Source of the DNA: Azolla caroliniana
Taxonomy: Eukaryota > Plantae > Polypodiophyta
NCBI GenBank assembly: GCA_043228905.1
Contig: JBHGNT010000013.1
Coordinates: 2,852,001-2,916,000, forward strand
DNA: 64,000 nucleotides
Reading direction: 5' to 3'
Shown here: piece by piece, positions 22,901 through 35,617 of the stretch
Position numbering within the stretch: the stretch's first letter is position 1
Layout: every line of letters starts with the position of its first letter
Notes under the pieces: generated by a model
Seen by the model: the letters and a program-made list of their open reading frames with translations, nothing else
The model's database searches: none
What the model was told of the DNA's origin: nothing
Position numbers and translations under genes: made by a program

Positions 22901-25522
22901 ACGCGAGTCCGACTCCGAGGGAACCGGTGACAGGTCTTTAAAGATGAAGACCGCGTCGACCGAGAAGGCCTCGACATCGGCTAATGTGAGATTATGCCGA
23001 TCTACCCGCCAAAAGAACCCAGTTGTGCGGTTCGGATACAACGAGTACATGGCGCATCATTATGCGTACATGATCTGTGTAGCGGAAGTGCGTGAGCCAG
23101 AGAGCTACGCAGAAGCGGCTAAAGACGCGAATTGGCGTGCCGCGATGGAGGAAGAGATGCACACATTGGCACCAAAGGGTGTGAAGCCGATCGGGTGTAG
23201 GTGGGTGTACAAGGTCAAGTACAACACTGATGGCTCGGTCAACCGGTACAAGGCTCGGCTAGTGGCAAAGGGCTACGCGCAGAAACACGGCATCGACTAC
23301 GATGAGACGTTTGCGCCGGTCGCAAAAATGAAGACCGTCCGTGTTTTGCTGGCAGTAGCTGCGGCGAAGGGGTGGCACTTACATCAAATGGATGTAAAGA
23401 ATGCGTTCCTGCAAGGTGACCTTGAGGAACAAGTGTACATGGTACAGCCCCCCGGATTTCACTCCGGAACAAACTCCTCAGTAGTATGCCGACTGAAGAA
23501 GTCCCTTTACGGACTGAAGCAAGCCCCGCGTGCTTGGAACGCAAAGATCACGCAACAACTGCGTCGGATGGGCTTCGTCGCGTCAAAATCGGACTCTTCC
23601 CTATTCATCCGGAAAGGTCGACTCGGACCGGTTAGTATTTTACTATATGTTGATGACTTGGTCATCACCGGCGCCGACCTAGGTAAAATCGACCGTGTGA
23701 AGCTCCAGCTTGCGGCATCGTTCGACATGAAGGATCTGGGGGACCTTCATTACTTCCTCGGGATCGAAGTGATCCGTACCCCCGAAGGCATATTGATCAG
23801 CCAACGTCATTACGTGCTGAGTATGCTCTTCAAATTCAGGATGGCCGACTGTAAGTCCGTCTCGACTCCTATGGACAGAACCGTCAAGCTTCGTCCCGAT
23901 ACGGGAAAGGTATGCGACCCGACGAGGTTCCGACAAATTGTCGGAAGCCTCATATACTTGACCATCACCCGACCCAACCTCAGTTATCCGGTCGGGGTGA
24001 TCAGTCAGTTCATGGCGCGACCTACCGAGGAGCACCTTCAGTGTGCGCAACGCATACTTCGGTATGTCAACGGCACTAAGGACCGGGCACTGCTATATCG
24101 AACCGGTGCGGCCGCACAGTTAGTCGGCTACACCGATGCTGATTGGGCTGGCAACGCCGCCGATCGCCGATCCACGTCCAGATACGCGTTCTCCCTCGGG
24201 AGTGCCGCGATCACGTGGAGCAGTAAGAAGCAGTCGATAGTTGCACTATCGAGCACCGAAGCTGAGTACCGAGGAGCGGCTGTCGCGACATGCGAAGCCA
24301 TATGGTTGAAGCGGCTACTTAAGGACCTGCAAGTGGAGGTGTCAGATCCGACAACAATCTATTGCGACAACCTCAGCAGCATCCAGCTCACGAAAAACCC
24401 CGTTTTCCACGCACAGACCAAGCACATTGAGGTGCACTACCATTTCGTCCGTGAGCGTGTCCTTACCGGTGAAGTCGAACTTCAGTACGTGCCGACGGAT
24501 CGGCAGACTGCCGACATCTTCACAAAGCCTCTTGGTCTGGACAAGTTACGGCAATTCTCAAGTGTGCTCGGGTTGCGTCACCTCAATGTGCCGAACTTGA
24601 GGGGGAGAACAATCCCGAACGACCAAGCAAGGCAACAGGAAAGGAGCGGAGACCGCGACACCGAGTCGGTTGACTCAGTTGTCGAGTTCGACTTCGGATC
24701 AGCTGAAGAAGCCGAGGGCGGACCCACGGAAAAGTCCGAAAGCCGACAGAAGGGGAGCAGCCGAAGGAAAGAGCCGAAGCCAACCACGCATAGGGGAGAC
24801 GACGCCATCGAGAGCAAGAAGACCGAAGACGAGTTGGAGACAGCCAACTCGGACAAGAGCGAAAACCGATCGGAGGTAGCCGAGTCGGTTCGGATGTTTG
24901 ATTCAGACACGCTAAATCAACCGAGGCCCAAGCTGAAGAAAAGGTAGTAGGAGAAACGTCAACACCGCAATAGCAGAAGAGCTGATAAGGGCCGCATGAG
25001 CAGACAAGCCGACCGGAAGGGTCGAAGCGCGCAGAGTCGAACAGGTCGAGGAGCGCGAGCGAGGCGTGAAGCCAGGAGGAACCGGAGCTGTGAGCCCGAG
25101 GATCCCGAAGAGCCTCGAGTTGAGCTTGAGGGGGAGTGTTGAGAGACAAGCTCAACATCGGCCGGATCGACTAAAGAAGCCGAGGACCAGATCAGTTGGG
25201 ACCGATCGGTTAGGCCGAGTGCGTAAACTGGGAGGTCGTTAGGAAAGATATTCCGTGAGGAATATATTTGGGAGTTAGTGTAGGAGCTCTTAATGAGCAT
25301 TGAAGTACTGTCAGTACTTCGGTCAGTCCTTTTAGGACTTGTATAAAAGTGCTCACTGAGCAGGTCTTATGTACAGACTGAGTATTATTGTTGAATATAG
25401 TTTTTTGTGTTTTCTCTCTCTATCTCTCCCGCGTACATCGTGTAAGCCTAAGCTCTCCATTGAACCTGAGCTTCCTTCCTTTGTTCTGTCTTCATACCTG
25501 CTTCCACACGCTACTTTTTACA
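19914..25522 (+). mobile_element. Ty1/Copia element G nested in the F integrase
   Basis: 386-bp LTRs at 19914-20299 and 25137-25522, perfect TSD GCAGG, PBS TGGTATCAAAGC 20300-20311, PPT 25125-25136. Confidence 0.97.
20384..24947 (+). pseudogene. Copia gag-pol of G with a charged C-terminal extension
   Basis: All domains present. Stops end at 21073, 21506 and 22409 (consistent with CGA/CAG to TGA/TAG); frameshift near 21235; short in-frame deletion near 23170. Confidence 0.94.
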
Positions 25523-27354
25523 GCAGGCTACACATACGCCTTCAATCTCTTTATCTTTGAAGGTTGGGAGCCAGATGATGACTCCTTTTGATTGCATTGT
25601 CTTGATTTTATTGAGATTGATGTGGCCAATCCTCTTGTGCCACAACTCTATGTCGATGTCGACTTTGAGGCCTTTTGCAAACAGGTCGATTTTACCCCGT
25701 TTGGCTCGAGGATAAGCATTTGGCCTTCCCTTTGACCACGAGCAACGAGTTGGCCTTCCTTCTCAATGAAACAACTATGCGGAAATAACGCTCGGCCACA
25801 ACCGAATCTTCAACAAGGAATAGAAGAGAACAAACTAAAACAAAGATGACACAGGATGTTAACGTGGAAAACCCTAAGTGGGAAAAACCACGGGAGCCCA
25901 CAGACTCCAACTATCACTATGAGAGGAGGAATACAATGTGAGACTCAGAGGCAACGACCTCGAGCTCTATGTCTTTGCCAGTCGTCGGTTACAACAGAAA
26001 CTAGTTCTGTATCTCTCTCTCTCTCGCTTTCTCACACTCTGTGTACAACGATGATACAACCACTACTACACCATGTTCACTCATAAAGTGATTGCCCTAA
26101 GTCATATTTATACTTATATGAATTTAGGGTTATTTACAAATATAGCCTCGATGGGCTCACCATATATTTACACATATGTTCTTGGATCCGGTTTGCACCG
26201 GATCCATCCAGATTCACTCAATCCCGTTTCAGGGTCTCATCCAGATTCACTCAATCCGGTTTCCGGGTCTCATCCGGAACCCTTATGGATCTAGTTCCAT
26301 CATCCAGCTCCTTCGGTTCTCATCCAGATCCCATCCAGAGGGACCGAATTCCTAACAAACTCCCCCTTCACTCTGGCATGGGATTTCTCGTTGATCTGAT
26401 CCGTCTCCAGCACGCATCCATCTTGTCGGTTGAAAGCACCTTGGTCAGCATATCCGATCCGTTCTCCTTCGTGTGGATCTTCGTCAGCACAAAGTCTTGA
26501 TCTTCTACCTTCTCCCATAGCCAATGATACGTCCCTTGGATGTGCTTTGTTCATTAATGGTAGGCCGCATTATTCGCAAGGTGGTTGACACTTTGACTAT
26601 CGTAGTAGAGCCGGAATTCCTCCTACCAGATCCCTAACTCTCCGATGAAGTCTTTCATCCAAATTATCTCCTTGCCGGTTTCCATCGCTACCATGTACTC
26701 CGCTTCCGTTGTCGACAGTGCAACGAACTTCTACAGCCTCAACTGCCATGATACAACTCCCCCTGGATTATTCATGACATATCTGGATGTAGACGGTTGG
26801 TATCTGCATCAGTCGACATATCCGAATCTGTGAATCTGTCAAGTTGGGGTTTACCAGAGCCAAACTGGAGGCACATACTCGAGATGCCAGTATCCACTTG
26901 ACCACGTTCAAGTGCTCTCTTCCTCGATTGCTCATGAACTGGGTGACTACTCTGACATCATATGCAATATCCGACCGGGTGCACACCATTGCGTACATTA
27001 AGCTTCCGATGGCAGAGGCATATGGTATCTTCGTCATATCCGACTTCTCTGCCTTTGTCTTCGGGCTCTGCTTTTCGAACAACTTGCAATTTGCCGGAAG
27101 TGTAGATCCAATCGGTTTTGCCTCCGACATGTTGAACCATTGAAGCACCTTTGTCACAGTATTTCTTCTCTGACAACCACAACAACTTCTTTGACCGATC
27201 CTGGATTATGTGCATCCCCAAAATCTGTCTTGCTGAACCCAAGTCTTTCATTGAGAAGGTTTGGTTTAGGGCCTTCTTCAGCATTTGTATCTTGACTTGG
27301 TCTCATCCGATGATCAGTATGTCATCCACGTACTGGAGCCATATCAAGAAATCG

Positions 27355-27790
27355 TGTAGACAGCCAACTCGGAAGACTATACTTGTAATACTCTAAATAT
27401 GCCCTTATGGGTTACACTTGTAAATAACCCAAAAGGTGTACTAGTATAAGTACTTAGGGCAATCATAATGTGATCATGAGTTATTGTTAAAAGTTACTCA
27501 GAAGATTGTTGCCTCTGTAACTATGAAAATAGTAAGTGTGTGAGAGTGAGAGAGTGAGAGAGTGTGTAACTATGTAGCCGTCTGTTGACGAAGTAGAATC
27601 TCGAGGTCATTCCCTCATAGCTTCTAGTTGTACTCCTCCTTTTAACATAGTGATTCTGTTTCTCGGGGTTTGTGGACCCCCGTGGTTTTCCCATTTCGTG
27701 TTTCCACGTTAAGATCGTGTGTCTCTGTCTCTTGTGTTATTTCTGTTTCCGTACTCTATCTAAGTGCATTCTACTTTACATTTCCCTACA
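27355..27790 (+). repeat. Solo Copia LTR of the A/H superfamily, without a TSD
   Basis: TGTAG...CTACA ends, CCGTGGTTTTCCCATT..TTTCCACGT motif; flanks AATCG and CCCGA differ. Confidence 0.85.
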
Positions 27791-27840
27791 CCCGAACATC
27801 CGAACGATAAGCCGGTTGTGGCCGGTCACGATTCTCGACA
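27791..27840 (-). repeat. First 50 bp of another LTR with a B/F-type terminus
   Basis: Minus strand begins TGTCGAGAATC like the F LTR, joined to the H integrase at DIVFMKE. Confidence 0.6.
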
Positions 27841-29100
27841 TTTTCTTTCATGAAGACTATATCCCAACTCTAGAACACCTTCTTGTCGACCAAGTCCCAC
27901 ACTCAATAACCAAACTCATCATCGCCATATCCAAGTAATATGCAAGGTTGGGATTTCGGATCCAACTTTGCTCTCTTGTCCTTTGCAACATGCACATATG
28001 TGAGACACCCAAACACCTTCAGATGCTAGTAAGACACGTCTTTACCGGTTCATACTTTTTGTGGTGTGTCTCCTTCCAAGGGTGCCGAGGGTGACCTGTT
28101 AATCACGTACTTTGTCATCATCAATGCCTCAGCCCAAAACGTCTTGGGTAATTTTGCATGTGCTAGGATGCTTCGGACTCTCTCCATTATGGTCTCGTCC
28201 GTTCGGCCAGCCCATTCAACTTCGGCGTCTTCGGCATGGTGAATTTGAGCCGGATTCCCTTCGACCGATAGTACTCCTCCAACTGCCCCCCATATTCTCC
28301 TCCGTTGTCTACTCGAACTGCCTTCAACTTCCGGCCGGTTTCTCTTTCCACTCTCGCGTGGAACTCCTTGAAGACAGACAACACCTAATCCTTCATCTTC
28401 AACGGTGAGACCCATAGCTTCCGGCTGTGGTCGTTTATGAACGTCACAAAGTACTGCGATCTGGCATGTGACGTTGTGTCCACTTGACACACATCGGTAT
28501 GCACCAGTTCTACTGGTGCATTCCGTCTCATTGGTGGTCTTGACCGGAAGGAGGTTCGGTTTTGCTTGCAGCCAAGCAATCGGTGCATTTATCAAGATGC
28601 ACGTCTTTCACCTCCGGAATGAGGTTATCTTCGGCAAGTCTCCTCATCCCCTTTTGGCTCATATGACACAACCTCTTGTGCCACAGCTCACCGGAGGTGT
28701 CAGATGCTATGTTCACTTCTTCCCAGCTTATCCGGGCATGCATCAGGTACAATGTATTTATCTTCTAGGCTCAAGCCACAACCAGGCTTCCTTTCCTGAA
28801 TTTCATGACTCCATTCTGGATGCTACCCTTGTAGCCTTCATCATGTAGCCGACCGGCTGATATCAGGTTCAAACAAACCTCCGAAACGTGTCAGACATCT
28901 TTCAACAACAATTTGCATCCGGTTGATGTCATCAACAACACATCTCCTATGCCAACAATCTAGCATGTACCTTCATTCCCCATCCGGACACAATCGTGAT
29001 CTCCAGCTATGTAGGATGAGAAGCATTTCTGGTCCGGTGTCAGATGGAATGATGCTCTAGAATCGACAACCCACATTGTCTCGTCGCCGACAAGGTTTAA

Positions 29101-29510
29101 TTTGTAAATATGTTTTGAGTAAGCCTATTGACGCTACATTTGTAAATAGCCCTAAGTTCATATAAGTATAAATATTACTTAGGGCAATCACTTTGTAAGG
29201 TTGTTGCCATATTGTTGTATGTGTATAACTATTATATATAGAGAGAGAGAGATATAGAGTGATACTTTGTGGTAACCATCGGCTGGCGAAGATACACAAA
29301 GTGCGAGGTTGTTGCCTCTGAGTCTTTGTTTGTACCTTCCTTATATAGTGATTGATAGCTTGGAGCATGTGGGCTCCCGTGGTTTTTCCCATTAGGTTTT
29401 TCCACGTAAATATTATGTGTACTCTCTACTTCCTATTTCTGTGTTTCATTCCCATTTCTGCAATTCAAGGCTCGGTTGTGGCCGAGCAATATTCCACGCT
29501 ATTCTCTACA
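29101..29510 (+). repeat. 5'-truncated Copia LTR (A/H superfamily) inside H gag
   Basis: TATA hairpin, GTGGTTTTTCCCATTAGGTTTTTCCACGT, CTCGGTTGTGGCCGAGCA as in A; ends CTACA. The H zinc-knuckle region is missing at this site. Confidence 0.82.
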
Positions 29511-30712
29511 TAATGGCCATCTTCTGTGATGAAGGCCTTTGGATCGGTTCCGGACTCCCGGTCCTTCCAGCGAGCTTCTTCATCTAGCAAGCTTAATTTT
29601 ACCCTTGCTAGGGACAACTGCTTTCCTTCCGGCCTGACGTTGCCCAAAGTGACAACTAGTGTCTCCCAACTATTCGGGAGGGAATCGAGTAGGAGGAATG
29701 CAAGTACCTCGTCAGCTAGAGGTACTTCGAGCGAAGTTGTTTGGTTTATGAGCCCCAAAAATGCGTTCATGTGCTCTGCCATGCGGGATCCGTCCTAGTA
29801 CTGGAGTCTCACTAACCTCCGGAATACTGAAACCTGATTTACGGCGTTTTTACTCTCAAGCATGGTGCCGATTTTCTCCCACATCACATGACCTTTACTT
29901 TCTTCATTGAAGTTGTTATATAGGCTCATGTCGATGAAACACCGAATGTACGTCATTGTCTTCATGTGCGTCACCTCCCATGTTGTGGCATCGAGCTTGT
30001 CCGGTTTCTTGTGCCCGAACTGTACCGGCAGCCAGAGATATTTTACCACGAGCATGTCCCTCATTTTTTACTTCCACACTAGGCAGTTGCAGTCGATGAG
30101 CTTGAACATGCCACCGAATGATTCTTCCATTCCCTTGTAACCTCTGATACCAATTTGTGCGGAAATAACGCTCGCCCACAATCGAGTCTTCAACAAGGAA
30201 TAGAAGAGAACAAACTAAAATAGAGATGACACAGGATGTTAACGTGGAAAACCCTAAATGGGAAAAACCACGGGAGCCCACAGACTCCAACTATCACTAT
30301 GAGGGGAGGAATACAATGTGAGACTCATAGGCAACGACCTTGAGCTCTATGTCTTCGCCAACCGACGGTTACAACAAAAACTAGTTCTGTATCTCTCTCT
30401 CTCGTTTTCTCACACTCTGTGTACAACGATGATACAACCACTACTACACCATATTCACTCATAAAGTGATTTCTCTAAGTCATATTTATACTTATATCAC
30501 TTTAGGGATATTTACAAATATAGCCTCGATGGGCTCACCATGAAACATATTTACACATATGTTCTTGGATCCGGTTTGCACTGGATCCATCCGGATTCAC
30601 TCAATCTGGTTTCCGGGTCTCATCCAGAACCCTTCCGGATCCGGTTCCTTCATCAGGCTCCTCCGGTTCTCATCCAAATCCCATCAGGAGGGACCGAATT
30701 CCTAACAACAAC

Positions 30713-31951
30713 CACCTTGGTTGAATCTAACTTGCATGCCTTTCTCAACAATTTGGCCAATTGAGACCAAATTCTTCGTTATGGTCGGTACATGCAAGAT
30801 GTTTTTAATGCAAGTTCGTTCGCCTTCTTTCCCGAATGGGACATTGCCAATATGTCGAATCGGATGAGTAGTGTCATCTTCGGTTTCGACATAGCCGGGT
30901 CGATCCAACTCTCGAAGTTCTTAGAACCATTCTTGATGAGACACCATATGGTTCAAGGCACCGGAGTCGACGAACCATACATCTTCCAGAATTGAGGAAC
31001 TAGTCAAAGTAGAAGCCGACATAGAATTGGCTCTATGTCTCATCACGAACATTCCGCCATGGTCATCATAGTCGAATTGGTGTTGTAATTGTTTAGGTGT
31101 CAGCTAGTGGAAGCCGACTCGCGCTTCTTCTTTGGGCACTCTTCTTCATGGTGGCCGATTTTGCCACAGTATCCGCATTCGATCGAGTTTTGTCAGCTTG
31201 GACCGGCATGGAAGCTCCCCCTCCTTGCCGTTTTCTTGCCAAATTTGGGAGTTATTTTCATAGGTCAGACCTCGTCTGGCTCGTCCTTGGCCGAATCGGC
31301 CTCTTCTTGCTCAACCGCATCCTGAGCTTCCTCCATCTGAGTGTGAGTAGAGCATCTGGCCTTCCAAGGAGTTGACCCTTGTTCGAACATGGTTTTCTTC
31401 AACCAAGAACATTGATTGAAGATCAAAGAAAGAGGGAGGATTCTCCCTTGCGAGAACGGTGGTTCAATTCCGCTGAACCGTGGTGCAAGGCCGTCCAGGA
31501 ATATTTTCACGATCTCATCATGCTCCACGTTGATGCTTATTGAGCCGAGCGAGTCACAAAGCTCCTTGATCATCAAGGTGTAGCTTGTGATGGACATATC
31601 CCTTTGTTAGATGTTGTTCAACTCTTGGCGGAGTTGAAGCTTTCTTGTGGTTGTATTGGCGATGAATATCTTCTTGAGATTATCCCAAGCTTCCTTTGGC
31701 ATCTTGGCTTCTGGAATGTAGCCAAGCATGTGGTCATGGACACATGTCACCAAGCAATACATCACTTGGCTTGTGGCTTGCTCCCATGTTGAGTATTCAC
31801 GAGTCGTTGGTTCAGGTCGATTTTCTTGTGCTCCTTTGATGTAGCTCCAATAGCCTTGGGTGACAGGGTATTGGTGCATCATGTACTCCCAAGATGCAAA
31901 GTTGTTTTTGTCCAACTTCTTGGTAGGGAGAGTGCTCCCCATTTGAGCATT
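30713..31951 (-). pseudogene. F gag and protease (degenerate)
   Basis: AQMGSTLPTKKLDKNNFASW, RKLQLRQELNNI, ECGYCGKIGH, WFVDSGA; right end approximate. Confidence 0.88.
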
Positions 31952-32111
31952 CATTATGTCGATGTAGATTTCTTTCTTCTTTTCCTTCTCTCTCAAACAC
32001 AAGCTATGTAGTCGTACTACGATAGCGATGAGCCAGTTCTTCTTGAATGTCGGTGTAGAACTCAACACATACGGATGGGCTAGATCAAGCTACCAAATCA
32101 CTCTGATACCA

Positions 32112-32586
32112 TGTAAAGAATCGAATATGATTTTGTGCAACAGAAGATATGCGTTGTGTGTGTGTGTGTGTTTGTGGAAAGAGGAGAGGAGAGAAGAGAA
32201 GCACAAGATAGATAAATCAAAATGAAGTACTCAAGAAGAAGATGTATATATTAACAAGGAGAATATTTAGTACAAAAATGTAGCATTACAAGGGAGGACA
32301 ACTGACTCTATATGAAGTAGGAGGAGGGTACTTTATATAAGGTCGCCCTCTCTCTTCATTAACTCACTACAACACCCACTTTCTCTCTAGAACCATTAGT
32401 CATGGGGAATGTGAAGACTCATTAGTCATGGGGAATATGGAACTCATTAGTTATGTGTCATAGAATATGATTGTATGACACATAGTTAATGTGTAGAGAG
32501 AAGTGGTGACTTTTGACCTTTGAGTGCTCATAGATTCTCAAAGGGTGTGTTCACACACTAGACTAGGTTGAGCTTGATTCTCAACA
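32112..32586 (-). repeat. 5' LTR of F
   Basis: TGTTGAGAATC...TTTACA followed by PBS TGGTATCAGAG. Confidence 0.93.
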
Positions 32587-35500
32587 ATGAGGTTCTCAAT
32601 CAAGATGAAACTATTTGGTTCAACAACAACCTTCAACTCTTGAGTCATGCCCTAACTATAACTACCATTTTACACTTATTCTGCCTACATTACCTTATCA
32701 ACTAGGTATAAAGTGTTGAGGAAAGGGATTCAACGGAAGAGAAATGGAATGAGATCGTTGTGAGGTATTTTTTAACAATTCCATAAGACTTTGTTGTTTT
32801 TTAACAAGTTAAATGGAGGGAATAATTGTTAGAACTAGGATATAAAGTAAGCATATGATAAGGATATAATAGATATGAAATAAGAAAGGAGAGAGAGAAA
32901 GAAGGGTGTCGATCCACCCAACCACTCCCGAGCAAAGGGATCGAGACGGATTGGAGCCTCGATTGGCGTCCCATACCACCGCCATGGCATCGAGTCGTAC
33001 CTGGTGGTGGCGCGCTCGCTACAAGAGTTGGCCCACCACAATGTCAGAGTCTTGACGTAGTCGATAATGTGTCAAATGAGGGTAGCAAGGCATCATATTT
33101 ATAACCAGACCTAAAGGCCTCTAGGCAAGTTGACACTTGGCCTAATGGGTTATCTCAATCCCAAGGATTAAAAGTAACATATCCGCGTTTAACCCTCACA
33201 CTTTATCCGCGTGTATAGAATTCTACGGTAAATTCTCACCACGGGATATTATATGGTCATGCCCGTAACATACTCCCCCTCTTTAAAACATTCCACTCTT
33301 ACAATTGAAAGTTAGGGGTAGTTCTAAAAGTACTTCGCATTTCCATGTGGCATCTTTTATAGACTTATCCATTTTAATTTTAAATTCTTAGATTATTTTA
33401 GAACGCAATTTTTTTGTTTTAACATCGAGATTTCTTTCTGGTACATATGGTTTAGAAAATCATTCTTCAGAAGTAACCAGAGTTTCAGTTGTCACTATAT
33501 TGTCACCAGAACCAAGAAGTTCTTTTAGACGATTTACATGAAAAACTGGATGGATTTCAACGTCATCAGGAAGAGCGAGACAATAGGCTGATGAACCAAT
33601 GCGTTTGAGGACTGTAAAAGGTCCACAAAACCGTGGGGTTAACTTAGCGCACTTACTCGTAGACAATGTCTTAGAATTGTGAGGTACATGTAAAAATACG
33701 TTCTGTCCAGGGTTGAATATACGAGGTTGCCTATTATGATCGGCATAAAAACGCGCTCTATCTTGACTTGTTTTTATATTATCTGTCCTCAATAATTTGA
33801 TTTACTTGCTCTATCTGTCCATCAGATTGAGGATGATCCGTGGAGCTCATGCTCAATGTAGTTTTTAACTTCTTAAAGACTTGCATCCAAAAGTCGTTAG
33901 TAAACTTTGGATCTCAATCACTCACAATATCCATCGCTAACCCATAAAAACGAAATAACTCGTCAACGAATTGGTAAGCCAATTCAGGAGTTGTTACCGT
34001 GGTTTTAGTAGCAATAAATATGGTCATTTTAGTTAGTCTATCAACCACAACCCATATGGCATCATGACCTTTTTGGGTGAGAGGAAGGTTAACAATAAAA
34101 TCCATGGATATACTTTCCCACTTATTATTAGGAATGTCCAAGGGATGTAAAATTCAAGCAGCTTTAAGTCCCTTGGCATTGTTAACCTGACACTGGTGAC
34201 ATTTAGTCACATAGCTATGTATGTCAGAATGCATCTTAGGCCAATAGAATTGAGTGGAGATGAGAACGAGTGTATGATGTATGATATATGATGCATCGCA
34301 GCATTCAAAAAGAATTCTCTTTTTGACCTAAGGCAAATTTGGAACACAAACCTTTCCATTACGATAGAGCAGACCGTTAGCAATGTGGAAGGATTCCTTC
34401 GAGGATGTGGTGGTGTCTTTTCCAGACTCAACTCTTTCTTAGTATTTCGCAAAATAACTGTCATCAAGATACTTTCCTCGAAGGTGATCATAAAGATCTG
34501 ATGTTATTTCAATGAAGCTAAGCTTGTTAACTTCATGGATCTGATATAGTGCATCAATGACAGTGTTCATGGAACCTTTACGATATCGTATGGAAAAATC
34601 AAAGTCTTGGATGAGATTTGCCCATCATGCTTTACGACCTTTAAGGTCTTGTTGGTCACAAAAATATTTCAAGGGCTCGTGGTCCGTAGTTACCACAAAA
34701 CGATTTCCATAAAGATAATGGCGCCATGTCTTGAGCGCATGGATAACTGAAAATAATTCACTTTCTTGAACGGTATACCGACATTGAGCAGAATCAAGTT
34801 TCTTACTCTCAAATGCTATCAAGATTTACCATCTTGATATAAGACAACACTAATAGCATAATCACTTGCATCGGTTTCAACCTGAAAAGGTTTTGAAGGA
34901 ACTGGTAAAAGATGCAAAGGAGTCTTGCACACCAAGTCCTTGAGTTCCTTAAAGGCGAGGTCTAGTGTAGCATTCCACACAATAGGTTTTGTAGACTTAC
35001 ACGTTTGACCTTTCAAAAGATCAGTAAACGGTGTCGTTAATTGGGAGTAATTACGAAGAGATTTTCGCAAAAACTCGACAAAACCAAGGAATGATCGAAC
35101 TTCTCGAATATTCCGAAGAGCGGGCCAAATTTTGAATTTCTCGATGCGAGAAGGATCAATTTCAACTCCTCGTTCGGTTATGAGATGTCCAAGATAAGTA
35201 ATTGATTTCTTGAAGAACTCACATTTTGAGATCTTCGCGTAAAATTGTTTGTCGTGCAATGTTTCTAAAACAAACCAGACATGTTTCGCATGTTCTTCCA
35301 ATGTACGACTATAAACTAGAATATCATCCAAGAAAATAACGACAAATTTTCCAATTTTTTCTCGGAAAATGTCATTCATTTCTTGTTGAAATGTGGTCGG
35401 AGCATTGGTCAAACTGAAAGGCATAACCAAAAACTCATAATGGCTATAGCGCGTTTGAAATGTCGTTTTAGGAACATCTTCCTCACTTATACGAATTTGA

Positions 35501-35617
35501 TGATAGCCCGTACGAAGATCAAGTTTAGTAAAGAACCGAGCTCCCTGGAGACGGTCAATTAGATCGTCAGCCTGAGGCAATGGATATGAATTCTTCATCG
35601 TTACTTTATTCAAGCGT

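Larger units (their letters stand above)
25776..30707 (-). mobile_element. Ty1/Copia element H (A-related Tork/TAR-like) nested in F, internally deleted
   Basis: 3' LTR 25776-26357, 5' LTR 30156-30707, perfect TSD ACAAC, PBS 30141-30152, PPT 26358-26371, gag ATG at 30130; pol fragments homologous to A. Confidence 0.95.
16547..32586 (-). mobile_element. Ty1/Copia element F (B family), complete outline, host of G and H
   Basis: 3' LTR 16547-16872 (internally deleted), 5' LTR 32112-32586, PBS 32100-32111, PPT 16873-16884, TSD AGGAG/ATGAG (4 of 5). Coding pieces at 16886-19913, 25528-25775 and 30713-31951 join collinearly. Confidence 0.92.

Noticed and set aside
20906-23050. Long antisense and alternative-frame ORFs over G (and similarly over A and K)
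   Set aside because: Expected shadow ORFs of GC-rich coding sequence; no recognisable domains.
33138-33197. A-box-like TGGCCTAATGG plus GTTTAACCC in the LTR of I as another Pol III cassette
   Set aside because: Spacing is 50 nt here and differs in the other LTR; the B-box is poor and there is no AGGT.
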